Source: Phoronis australis (lineage: Eukaryota > Animalia > Phoronida). Taken from it: a stretch of DNA of 64,000 nucleotides. Both the position numbers and the translations under genes were made by a program. The notes under the pieces are model-generated. The model did not search any database and was not told where the DNA came from. It saw only the letters and a list, made by a program, of their open reading frames with translations. Of this stretch, positions 1 through 12,800 are shown one piece after another. Where the stretch lies: the NCBI GenBank assembly GCA_002633005.1, contig NMRA01000002.1, positions 388,044-452,043 on the forward strand, in the 5' to 3' direction. Within the stretch, counting starts at the first letter, position 1. The number at the start of each line of letters is the position of its first letter.

Positions 1-754
1 CTCTTGAAATTTAGAAAATCAGGATGGCTTTATAGTTTGCCTCCTTTGTATACATTTCATTTTGTGCCTTAAGGTTGTTAATGTAAATTACGAGTGCATG
101 ATTGTATAAATTTAAACCTGTGTTGTTAAAAACTGTTATACTTTGGGCAGTCAGGACATATCACCAGGAATTCCAAGTTTCTGTTCTCTTGAGTGTGTCT
201 TGGTAACAAAATAAACAATAGTGAACTGCACACAAGTTATGTGCTTTATTTTCTCTCACTTTATGACGCAACCGTTCATGAGGGACTAACTTCGCAGTTG
301 ATGTCCATAGTGAAGTGATTAGGATCTATGCAAGAATCTCAGTGAATGTCTTTTGTGAATGACAAGCCAATACAGACTTGTGATAACTGTCGATTGATAA
401 GACTGCCTGAGCGTTAGCAATGTCAAAATCCACCTCCAGTGTTATTAGTAATAAAATTCAGCTCATGTCCACTTTTGAATGAGAAAAATATTTTTTGTTT
501 ACAAGAAATGTAAGCTTCGACTTGTCGATATTCTTCCATGGTCATAGGAAGTGTGATTTGTCTGGCTCACATAATTACAATCTACGTGAAGACAGGAACT
601 AGAGTGTGGTTTCTCATAAATAAATCAGTCTTCGTCTTATTGGTTAGGCAACTTCAAGATTCTAAAATTATTTTGTTTATGGCATAGTGCAAGAGATTTG
701 TTTGAGGCGGAGTGTATATTGCCCTATTTCATAACCCCAAGTTACGTAGTGCAG

Positions 755-791
755 TGAGAAATCAGAGGAACACAAAACAAAGTCTCTCGTG
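755..791 (+). CDS. Candidate upstream exon of unidentified gene 1 (..EKSEEHKTKSLV)
   Basis: Ends GTG|gtgagt (strong donor), phase 0, which matches the exon at 2365. The acceptor is uncertain (gcag at 751-754 or tag at 747-749). Confidence 0.35.
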
Positions 792-2364
792 GTGAGTTGT
801 CAAGGTTACGATTTTTTAAATTCTCATGGCAAGTGGTAAAATGTTCCATTCAGGGTGTTTGTGCGTGTGTTTGTGTCACTTTAGTTTTACATGCTTATGG
901 TACTCGTCATTTCATTTTTTGATTTTGTTGGTTTGTTAATAAAGGGTATTTCTACCAATAAAATTAGCTGTGACAGTTTGAACGGAATCTGTAAAACAAC
1001 GCTCATTCTCGACCACAGTTAATCAGTTGAAATTGATTTTATGACAAGTACGCAATTGAGATCATTTAAAGTGTCTGAGTTGAGTAATGCCTTGAATGAA
1101 AATGAATAGTGTTAGATTGTGATATTTGAAGCAACAGTTATGCACAGCTTAATGAAAATTTTATGGAAGTAGACAGATTGTTTAAAGGATAATGTCATGA
1201 ACTTGCATAACCTTCACCTTTTCACACACTAGTTAATGCTTAACTCATCAAGGTAGCTGACTACCTGCGTTACCAAGGGTCACATTCTTTCAAATTTCTT
1301 TCTAAAATAATAAATAAGATTTAACTGATGAAACACGTACTTTTAGCATCTTTGATGAGCACAGAAACATTATGCCTGAATAAAGTTCGGACATTTGTAG
1401 TCGCGCAACAATGCTTTTTTTTGTAAAAATACTGTTTGAATCTTGTCTTTATAAAGATCATCTGCTCCAACGTGTATGAGACTACTTGCACTTTTTTCTT
1501 TAGTAATGGTCACCTTAAGTGCCAGGTACAAAAATTTTTGCCTAAATCTTGGCACTTTGGCCATTGCAAAAATTTTCACTGCTAGAGTTTATAGTAATCT
1601 TACAAATCATGTTTATAAATAAAACAAATATTCTGACATTACTTCATTGCATATGTTTCTTTGCTCATCATAGATTTTAAAAATATATGGTTTCATGGGT
1701 TTTAACTTAATGTTTTAGACAATATTTAAAGAAACACTACCCCTGATAATGAAACTAGTTACTTCTTAAAGTTATTTTAAGACAATTGGTTAATGAACCC
1801 AAGTGCCTAGAGAATTTATTGAATATTTGGAGTTTGAAGGTTATCTTAATATCCCCCTAGTACTGTAAATAACCCATCCTGTTGCCTGCCATCAGTCCCC
1901 TTTTCAATCTCAGATGAAATTCAATCCATTTTTATGGAATGATTTGAATCTTATTCTTAAGGAATAAAAGATCTGTTTCAAGTTTCATATGCTTATTAAC
2001 TTTGGCTCTGATTATGAGGTTTATAGTTAATATACCCAGCATTTACTCACTGGGTAATTCATTTCTTCATAGAAAAGTGAGATGAATTAGACCTAGTATG
2101 TTTATGATAAATAAACAACTGTACCATTTAAGAAAAAACTGTACAGCCATCTTTATTCAACAAGGTTTTCATAATTACTTTTATTGTATAACCGTGCTCA
2201 ACCTTTCTCACTTTCATATTTTATGACTGCATCATCTTCCATTTTTTATGTGTTCGTGAGCACCATCTGGTGGATAAGTATAACTGCTTAAAATGTGTAT
2301 TTATTTTTCTCAGAATCCATGTTGCAGACCTTGACTGAGTGTTTGTCCTACTTCTTTTTTGCAG

Positions 2365-2533
2365 TTTCAACATTCCAATAGTATCCATAACAACCGTGGC
2401 AAGGTACCTCATGGTGTGATGTTGCAGCCCTTGACTGTACCTCCTGTTGCCGGTAGCAACCACCCTAGAGACTTGCCACCTTTGACGCATAGGACATCCC
2501 ATGAAAGTGCTGGCACGGGAGACTTTAATGAAG
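2365..2533 (+). CDS. Penultimate coding exon of unidentified gene 1 (FQHSNSIHNNRGKVPHG...GDFNE)
   Basis: Acceptor cttcttttttgcag, donor AAG|gtttgt, open frame, 169 nt, phase 1 joins in frame to the exon at 3001. Confidence 0.7.
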
Positions 2534-3000
2534 GTTTGTTTGCTTATTTATTGTCAAAAGTTACTGCAGCATCTTTCTTAGTTTTATAAAAAGTGACTAA
2601 TTAAGACTTTTAAGTTAGAAATTCGGTCTTGCACTCCACACAGCTGTTTCTGTAAATTATTTAAAGCTCAGTTTAGCTAAAATTCAAAGTCTCTGAGCAT
2701 ATATATATGACTTCTAGTTACTGAACTGATTTTTAGTATTTTTATTATTTCTTAAGTTGTGATGTGCTAATGATTATGTGACTGAACTTTATTCAGAAAT
2801 TTTGAAGTTGGAATGTAAGACGGAATTTCAGTCTCGCATTGTAAGGGTTCATTTGCAAAAAGACTAACTTTCACAGCTTTGATTCGTGTTATGGTAATTA
2901 TGGCCACTGAGTGACCAGTTTGAATGTATTTTGAACTTCATTTTTTGTTCTATGACTGAAGTATACTTGTACTGTGTGACACTGTTTGTTGTAATTTTAG

Positions 3001-3239
3001 ATAGTGGCATATATCAGGCAATAGATGGCACTAATGCTGATGATGAAAATGGTGACGTTCGTAAAAAACGAAGAAGAAAGAAAAAAAGAGATAGTAAAGC
3101 CGAATCTTCACTACACGAGAATCTAGCCTTTGAGAATAACGAGGGAATTAGCTCTTCCAATGAGTTGACTGCAGACATACACTTGCCACAAGATGGCACT
3201 GGAAACAGTTCCCATGGTTCTATGTCGACTGAATTATGA
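3001..3239 (+). CDS. Terminal coding exon of unidentified gene 1, probably a membrane-protein cytoplasmic tail (KKRRRKKKR, ENLAF, C-terminal STEL)
   Basis: ttttag acceptor at 2995-3000, frame continuous with the previous exon, TGA at 3237-3239, AATAAA downstream at 3807 and 4513. Confidence 0.75.
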
Positions 3240-3806
3240 TTTACTGAGCATTTGTCTGGAAATTGGTTTAAAGATACTACAGTTGATAATTACCTACTCG
3301 GGATTTTTATATTCAAAAGTATGCCAGTTCATATTTTTGTTGAAAATTTTTACATGTTAATGAATTAGCATATATGTAAATCATCAACTCACTTGGGTTT
3401 GTCCTAATTTGCACAAACGGCGTTCAGCAGAAACTCAAAATGAATGTTCATTTCGTTTGTTCTTTGGTAACATAGGCAAAATTTACAAAATGAAATGCCA
3501 CTTGTTTGCAGCTGTGTCCTTAAATGAAGAAGTTTTGCAATTTATATTTATTATTATATTAGTGCCACCATTTTATATTTTATATTTTATATTTAGCAAA
3601 TTCGGTGCCAGAGAAGTATAACTCTAGATGAAATTGTTTGATTGATATGGTAATGGAATATTGATTAATTATTTGAGAATTGGAGTAGAGCTCAATATAT
3701 CAGTTTGCTGTGATCTTAATTTATTTTATATAGAGGAGCATACTGTGATTTAAAAATGAATATTTGGAGATCTGCAATGTAGATACGGACTTATGTAGTC
3801 ATGTTC

Positions 3807-3812
3807 AATAAA
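3807..3812 (+). promoter_or_regulatory. Candidate polyadenylation signal of gene 1
   Basis: AATAAA about 570 nt after the stop codon; use not demonstrable. Confidence 0.35.
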
Positions 3813-6800
3813 ACTCACATATATGGTATCCAACCGAATGGATAAATTTCATCTGAATGAGGTTAGATTCAACTTATCTGAAGAGCAGAGTGCGTAATCT
3901 AGAATGACTATACCGCAGAACTTTGTCTTTTGTGAAGCGCAAGTATACCTTATGCATGTCTGACTTGTGCGAGTTTTACTGTGTATATTATTTTTTTAAC
4001 TGCTAGACCTCTGTGCTTTGTCATAAGTAATGTCTTGATATGCTCTACGAGAAGTCACTGACTTGGCTTAGTATCACTCTTACAACTTTATTGCAACTAT
4101 TTATGTATTATACACCTTTATATAGTTTCATTTGTCACTGTCAATCGGACGTTTTCTTTGCACACGAGAGAAATGGCAATATTTTTTTCTTTTCTCTTTT
4201 GTAAGTTTGTGCAAGAGTTCCGTAAATTATGGATGCAGCGCTATTGAAAATTGTCAAACTCTTTATGATTTTTACTCACTTTTCGGCAACAAAATTTTTC
4301 TGTTTAATATCAACCTGTACATAAGCATATTGTTTCTGAATCTTCTGTAAAAAAACCCTGTAAATTCAGTAATTAAAACATCTACCAATTGGTTTCGAGC
4401 CATATGACAGTTATTTTTGTCATTTAGACAATATTGAATTTTCCAATCCATAGTTAGATAATGCGTAAAAAAATATTGATCCATTATTTTGTATTCTATC
4501 TTACAGGACAGAAATAAAAGAAAAAAATTGTTTAATATCAGGACAAATATCAAAACTGTCCAGTTAATGGGAAGACGAAAACTCAGTTTTTAGGCAAGTG
4601 AAACAGTTTTGTGACTGTTTCATGACAGGGAATAAACAGTAGAAAAGAAGTTGCCTTTTGCACTGGGTATAGAAAGGGGAAATGTGCATCACATTTCTTG
4701 TATTTTCACTGCCTTTGAATCCATGAATTTTTTCAAAAAAATTAAGTTGCACAACTGTAAATGACTTGCTTAACAATTTACTCCATAGCTCAGTTGTTTT
4801 GTTTTTTTGGGTGATTTAGAAAACTATGCTTTCGTGGGTCTGCAAGCGAAGATTAAATATTGCTTGACGAAAAGTGGCTGTGTGAAATGGAGTTGCCGAC
4901 CGTTACCTTTATGTGCCATCTCCCATTTTTCGTAGTGTTATGCTACATAGTGGATTGTGTGTTTTCAAATTTATATTCACTCTGTATCAAACCAATAAGT
5001 GGGAGCACAACATCACTTGTCTTTCTGGAGTGTTCGAGTGCGTGCGTGCGCCCGTGCATGTGCCAAGCTTGACACTTTCTTGATGCTGAGACCATTGAGC
5101 TTAATTCTGTCATAGCCGCGGGTGGTAGGTTGAAAACTCAGGCATCAGGCATGAACAATACACCGCACCCCAAGCTGATGGCCATGATCAACAAGATAGT
5201 GTGTTATAGATCTGTTTCAGGTTCTAGTCCAATTGAATTTTGTAAATTGTTTTTAACTTTGATGTGACATTTGACATGTGTTCCATTCTTAAGTGAACTG
5301 GTGCATTGATTTGATACTGATATTGACGTGACTCGTTTGACATGATTCGTGACAATTTTGAGCTATTATGTATGAGGTAATTACATCATTACTCCTAATT
5401 ATACTTGAGACATTGGCATAACTGACAAGATGAATTACTCAACTGAATGTTTTACACAACTTGTAGGTTAATAAATTCAGTGTTCCCAGCTGTATGATAA
5501 TGGTTTAATACGGTTATATTTCGCTAAAAAATAATTGCCAAAATTGTAACATTTCTTTTTTTTCCAAATAGTGAGTACATTGCTAGAAATGATTAAATTC
5601 ACAGTTTTTGAGAAATTTGAAAACTTAAAGTACACTTGACTCTGTCATATTCTGCACTTAATTGGCAAAGAATTACTAGAATATGCAATTCATATTTTTT
5701 GCTTTTGCTGCTTGTCCCTTGATTGGTATTCTGGTGATTATGTTAAATATTCTGATGACTGTGATCCAGATGTTCTAGTAATGAGGTCAAGAAGGTGATA
5801 CTCAACTCAATGAATGCTGAGGCGTTTCGAGTAGTTCTTCTATAAGGTAGTACTTTTACCTAGTCCTTTTCGGTTGGATTTTATGACATTGAATTACGCA
5901 CCTAATTCCTTTTGATTTTCTGCTGTTTTGCACTATAATTCGTGCCAGAAATTGTTACTGTCAGCACCAGATTATCGACAAACTAACAATATAGACAATG
6001 TTGCTCCTTCACCGCCAACAAGGGCATTGACCATTCTGGTAAGCGATGTTCTTTTTGCACAAGTGGCAGTTTTTTCGTGTCTCGATTCCATTTCTATAAC
6101 TTCATTTCTTTTCTCATAAACCACTTATTGCTTACTTGTAATGTGCAAAGAGCATTGCTACACAATTTGTGCCAAACATATGCTACAGTGTCGAAGTACG
6201 CGCAGCAAGTGGCGCCTTACATCAGAACTGCAATTCGTAAAAAAACAGCATTTAGGAGAAAGTTACTGCAGTTAATGAAAATACTTAATATGCTGAACGT
6301 GAGGAAGATTCATTGTTTACCCTAAGCTACAACGTAGGGTCCACACAAAGCAGGGTCTTGCCTCTTGCAGCCCCTCCTTGAAATACTTGACAATAAATGT
6401 AAATATTTTTCAAATTACCAAGGCTCCCAAACCTTTTATAGCTCATGGCCATGAGCAACGGTTGTCTGGCACTGGGTGAAGGGGTGTGAAGCGATCCTTT
6501 CTAACATTCATATGAAACTCAGAAATGGAATGTGTGTGTGCCATGTTTTCTCCAAGCATATAACGTATCTTCTGATAATTTCCTTTCCATAGTTAATGTT
6601 TTGAAATTGAAATTAAAATCTTGACTCTGTGCTTTGTATTCCATTGCAAATAAATTATTTTTAATCTATGAAGCATTTTTTCTGCCATAGATATAAAAAA
6701 AATAATTGCAGGCGGTCTGATACACGTTGTACCAGACGTGTGCAGGCCTCGCATGTGGGCCCATTGCACTGATCACCTGGAAATATTTTTATGCTTTATT

Positions 6801-8184
6801 AATATATAGATAGTTATTTGTCAGTAACACTTCGTTTCTATATTTGTAACTGAAATCTCTTGAGTGAGATCTCATATATAACCTTCCAAAAGTTTTATTT
6901 TAAAGAAGGAAGAAATTAAGAATCCAACACGAGTATCAGGTTTATGACATGGACAAATTTAAACCTCTTGGAAATTTCGTCAAAATCCCAAGGCTTTTTG
7001 TTTTCTCACATGAACCATAAAACGATCTTTTTTGCTGAAAAACTCAACGTGTCTAAAACTTTCAACCACATGACGCAACTTTTGTAAAAACACGGAATGT
7101 AAAGTAATTCAGTTATTTTTTTATTAATAGTGTTACTTTAAGCTTAATTGTAAATTGCATTCAGCTTTCGTAGCAAATATTCAAGTTAGAATCTAATAAA
7201 GTCTTTGAAGTTGTAATATTAAAACTTAAAAAATGTTTATAAATAACAGTCAACAAGGCTTCACCGCGCGTGAGCACTGAATTGACCTTGGAACAGCACA
7301 GCTACAGTCTCGCTGCGTTTTCCGAGTTGGGACTCGTCTCTGTTTGAATGAACATGGACGTAGAATTCACCGCCTAAGATGGGTCCGTTTAAGAAGTTGT
7401 TTGCATATTCTTCCGACTGGGAGTACGTACAGATGCGACACCCGATTTGTCAATCATAACCTCGTCACCTTGGAATTCTGGCATTGTTTGGTTGGCGCGC
7501 GTTTGGTTTTGCAGACAATAAAATTTAAGGAGTATGGATGTCTACTTTGCACTACTTTGTGATTCGCCTATGTAATATCAAAAAAATTACAAACTCGTTG
7601 TTATTAACCAGTTGTGTCATAACACATTCAGGTCGTGAGAAATGGAATATACATTTTATATTCTGTAAGTAACATATTTTACAGCATCATACAAGAATAA
7701 TTTACAACTGTATGGCAAAAGATCTCCTTTTCTTTCCTACGAAAAACAAAAAATGACTAATGATGGGAAAAATCAGGTCAGCACGATACAACAACCAAAG
7801 AGGGTCCGCATAAGAACAACAAAACAAGGACCCACTGCAAAGTTATACACAACAGAGAAACAGTTGTGCCACCTTGTGGTGTGTTTGTGACACCATTCCT
7901 GAACAACACAGCCAAGTTGTCACTGCAATAACCTAGGTTTATGGCCATGGAGGATACAAATCTTTCGAAATAAATTGTGCAAATTACTTGTTGCAACCTC
8001 ATCACATGGCGACAGCAATGACTAGTCAATAAGATTGAATACTTAATGATTGACAAGTGTCTGTCATTTAAATACACTGACAGTTCAATCCCATCCAGAC
8101 GGTTAAGAAAAGCAGTAATTGCTGAAACCAACAGTTGAAAGATCGTGGAATAAATGTACATGTACATCCAACGTTTTGGCAAAA

Positions 8185-8241
8185 TTCTTAATACAAACTT
8201 CTTAATACAAATACTTCTTAATACAAACACTTCTTAATACA
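8185..8241. repeat. Short tandem repeat, ~14-16 bp unit (ttcttaatacaaac) x4
   Basis: Read directly. Confidence 0.8.
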
Positions 8242-8375
8242 ATACCAGAAGATGAAAAAACTAACAGCAATGTCAACTATTTATGATGCATTATGGAGAT
8301 GGCTACGAAGCAATTTCCTTGTCATGAAAATCAAAGTATACATTCAAGCTTAATTAAAATTCAAGTTTAATTAGA

Positions 8376-8422
8376 TAATGAAGATCATCCCCTTCATTCC
8401 ATGAAGGGGATGATCTTCATTA
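8376..8422. repeat. Perfect inverted repeat: 22-bp stem, 3-nt loop
   Basis: taatgaagatcatccccttcat-tcc-atgaaggggatgatcttcatta; the arms are exact reverse complements. Confidence 0.9.
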
Positions 8423-9223
8423 ACACCCGAGAACCAACACCAGAATACTGGTAATCAGTAGCAAATCCTTATAACTGATGACAATAATACAAACTGCTCA
8501 AACAAATCAATACAATATGCAATGCAAGCTAATTCATGAGGAAATCTACAACATCGCAAATCATTTCGTCACATAAAAACTAAATTCAACATGCTCGTCT
8601 GCAAAAAATTCACACCCATTCAGCACAGCACAGGGCTACGGATATCCACAAAATTCCTACGGAGTGGATTTGAAAGACAAACACAAAACAACACACACTA
8701 CAGAACAATTCATCTAAACATTAATAACGAAACCGTTAAACACGAATAACTTTCTTTTTAATGGTGTATTGTGTTTGTATTTACAAGTATGTACAGTCGA
8801 TGTAAAACAGCAACCCTGAATTATGCTTCGAATACAAAATTAACACTATCTCTCCAAACATGAACTATTTTGGAATTAGTCCTGTCAATGACATCATAAT
8901 CCCGCATACAATCTACACAACTCACATGTTAGATGAGCTTCACAGATTTACACTGTCTAACAACATGATTACAAAACAATTCAACAAAATAATAGTGCAC
9001 GACAAAATCTTTGCTTTCATCTGGTTCATCTATTCTTCTTACACACAATGTGTGTTTATTTACAATGACACATGACATGAAGAATTATAAATAGGGTAAA
9101 TTTCTAACACATCAATAAATTTCAACATGATTGCACCTCCTGCGTTGAATCCATGGAATTCATTGCCTCAAAAATGGTCGTACAAAAATACCTGAAAAAC
9201 TGATTACGTACAAATGCCCGACN

Positions 9224-9355
9224 AGATTGCCAGCCAACAATGGATGAACTTCTCATAAGATTGCCAGCCAACAATGGATGAACTTCTCATAAGATTGCCA
9301 GCCAACAATGGATGAACATCTCATAAGATTGCCAGCCAACAATGGATGAACATCT
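9224..9355. repeat. 34-bp minisatellite x~4 next to an N
   Basis: Unit agattgccagccaacaatggatgaacttctcata. The N at 9223 suggests copy number is unresolved. Confidence 0.9.
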
Positions 9356-9776
9356 AAACCTTGAAACACAACTTTTGCAATTATGTCAGCCCAAGACCAA
9401 ATATCAAAAGCTCCCAGCTAACAGGAGAAATTTTTTTGGAAATATAAGTAATGCAATACTTTTCTTAAATTACAGTAGAAAAGCAAGACTAAACTGCTTC
9501 CCACTAGTCACAAGAGAAATGTTTTCAACACCTAGACAACAGTAAGACATTGTAACAATGCAATGCTGGCCAATGAGTTCAACAAGTTTAAAGGTATGGT
9601 AAAATTCAACCTATAGCCAAAAAGCAAAGCTTCATGAATCTATTTCTTTCATCTTCGGATATGCTATCAATTCCGCATATTAAATTCCTCAAGACAACAA
9701 TAACAACAACTGTTGCCCCATTGAGACAGACTTGCATTTGCATTGCCTAGACTTTGGACTTTGGTCTCCTAATGTC

Positions 9777-9852
9777 TCACTCCTGGTGCGAGGTGGCTTT
9801 CTTGCGGCGCGAGGCCAAACGTTCGTAGAATGGATATTCACCGATGCTGGAC
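9777..9852 (-). CDS. CYTH: Cytohesin last coding exon ([24 protein letters not shown])
   Basis: ttctttttcag acceptor; C-terminal helix and polybasic region; TGA. Confidence 0.93.
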
Positions 9853-12800
9853 CTGAAAAAGAATTGGTAGTGTTGTATGTAATGAATAAGTTCGTAGCAG
9901 TGCAAGGCAAATGCACAGAGTCATTCTCCTATCAGAATAAGTTGAGAAAACACTAGGCATTCCAAAACTGACCTATATGATGAAATTTTCACCTCCCTCT
10001 TTGTATCATATAAAAACGCAAGCGAGATGAAAGTTTTTAAAAAGCCACACATGTTTGTGGTTAAATCAACAGCCCACGCTGCAGCCAACAGGTCATTAAC
10101 GATCTTCACAGGACAGCTTTACATCAGACCAATTAGCAACTCATCATGTCATTGGAATGTGAGGCGCCGTTGGTTATGGTGTACAATAATAGTGTAGTGT
10201 ATTTACCAGACTGTACAACAATAGCAAGCAAAGACAGGGCTCTTGTATAAGGAAGTACAGGGTGTCTCACAGCTCTTGTATGAGCAAGTACAGGGTGTCT
10301 CATGATTGTGTGAGTGCTATTTCATTGTATTGCATTTCAATGTAATATGCTAACCAGATTGCGTAACTAGACAGAGAGCTCTGTGCTCAGAAGGCTGCCT
10401 CAAATGAAAACTGGCTAAGCTGCAGGTTACCTGCAAATAGCGAGGCAAAATCCTCAGTGACTTATGAACTGCATTCACTGAAATTAGCACAAATGTAGTG
10501 CATGTGGTTGCAATAAGCAACTGATTATTAGTTACTGCCAGGTGAAACAACATCTCAAAAGTTCACCTGATACACTTCATCCACTCTTCTTTCTCTTCAG
10601 GTGTCGCCGCTGACATTCGATACGCGTTGTGTTTACCTGCAACAACGGGCAAAATGACAAAACATTCCATGACACGTGACGGAAATTCGGATGGTTGCAA
10701 TCAGAGGAATATCTCCCCTTATGTACCGGTGCATTGAAAACAAGTCTATCACCGGTATACTTAAAGATTACGTAGGACTAGTCTGCATATTTATTCAAAT
10801 TTCTACAATACCACAGACTTATCACAGTAAAGGTATAGATTTTCTGAAGTAAAAAGTCTGTAGAATTAGATTTTTGATTTTTTCACCACTTAGCCATTCA
10901 TTGGGTCATGTGACGATGTCTTTTTACAAAAACTTAGCAAAAAGAAAGATACATTGATAACAAAATAACAGCATCAATAAAGTGATCAAATTTTATTTGA
11001 TATAAATGTTCAAAATGAGATCTCAAAAACACTGTTTTCTCAAATGTTGGTTTGTTCTCATTTTACGCAACTTAAGATTTTTTCACTCAAAAAATCACAA
11101 AAGTTCTGATTTTTGATAGCCCCTCATGCAAAAGTGGATCATTTTGAAAACAATTCCTAATATCCTTTTGGAGAATAGCGCACAAAGCCATCCAATCAGC
11201 CATTTCTGAGATATGACATTCAGAAGTTAGTCAACTTTGGACATTTTTCTAGGGTCCAACATCACCTTAAAGAAATAGCTATGTTTCATATTTGTCTCCA
11301 GGGCAACTACCAAATGAGGTTATCAATAGTTCACTTTTTCTGGACTAAAACCATAGGCCATTTTACCTGAAACTGTGAAAGGTACACTGCCTAATTGTCA
11401 TTTTATAGGTATTGTGTATTCAAAGTTGCTTTCATGGAGAACAGGTAGTCATCAATTCCCATTCGAACCATGTACATTTGTATATAATTGTTCCGTAAAA
11501 CTTCCGTTATGTTCTAACTTAATTGAAAATTTTAATTTGAATATTTCCTGGAATGGCCCAAAAGTATTCTAAACAATAAATTAAAAATTTGAAACCTGAA
11601 GATGCACAATGAACAAAAAGACAGACTGTGAACCAAAGAGGAGCAGTGAACCAAAGAGAGGCTGCGAGCCAAGGAGAGGCTTTGAGCCAAAGAGAGACTG
11701 CAACCTACCTTGAACCACCTTGCCATCCTTATCGGTCTTACACGCCTTGATATGGCTGGTGTCGCGGGCGCAGATCTCGAAGCAGTTCTGCTTGTTCTTG
11801 TCCTCCACTGACCTGATGTCGAGGTTTTCCAGCGGGATGATACCCTTGGGCTGCTTGTCCTGCAACACACATGTGATCCACATGAGCACTGAGACGCAAC
11901 AGGGGGAGGACAGGCAGGACACAAAGGGGGACACAGTATGACCATATGGTTACCTAACATCATAACATTCACCTACACCTAGAAGTTATTGTTCACTATC
12001 CACATTCGCTGAGAGATTAGAACATACACTTAGAAAAACAAATTTTCCATGAATAGGTAGCATAAACCTTCATAATGCATCTAAGAGGCAACCTTAGATG
12101 CATGGCATCAAACACACTCTTCAACAATGGTTATGTGGGGCGTGACAACATGATGAAAGGTTGCTACAAGGCATACAACTACTAACTAGGTCCTTACATG
12201 TAACACTGTCTATACAGTCACGACCATTACATGAGCAGACCACGGAACAATCTTATTGTGTGACTAGTTCCCAAGCTTAGACCATGAGACAATAGTTTTC
12301 AGTTACCAATCATAATCCCTTAGTCATGACGAGCAATGACAAGTCATTGTCAATGTGTCATAATCACCAGTGACAAGTCATTGTCCAAGAGCAATAATCA
12401 CCAGTCATCATTCAAAAGTCTGAGTGACCAGTTACAGTACATGAGCCACGGTGACCAATAACTAGTCATTGCACAGTAGACCAATGACTAGTCATAGAGT
12501 CATGGTGACCTGTGACCACTCAAAGCCCATGACTAGACAATTTTTGCGCAATAGTGACAAGTCAAATTTAATGACCAATCATTGTTCACGAGTCACAGAG
12601 ACAATTACTTACAGTGGTGAACTCAAAGTAGTACAGGCATCTGTCATTCAGGATGAACCAACGTCGCTTCCAGCTGCGGTACTTTCCACCTGAAACAAAC
12701 AGGTCACTTGTGACAAAGTTCACGTGCTCCTTCATGTAACATGCGACAGTAACTCAGCTATTCTTCAAACCTGATTATCTTTAAAACTTGAACAGGTTTT

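Noticed and set aside
7778-8230. 150-aa minus-strand ORF
   Set aside because: Non-ATG start, partly built from a tandem repeat, no motif, lies in the probable 3'UTR.
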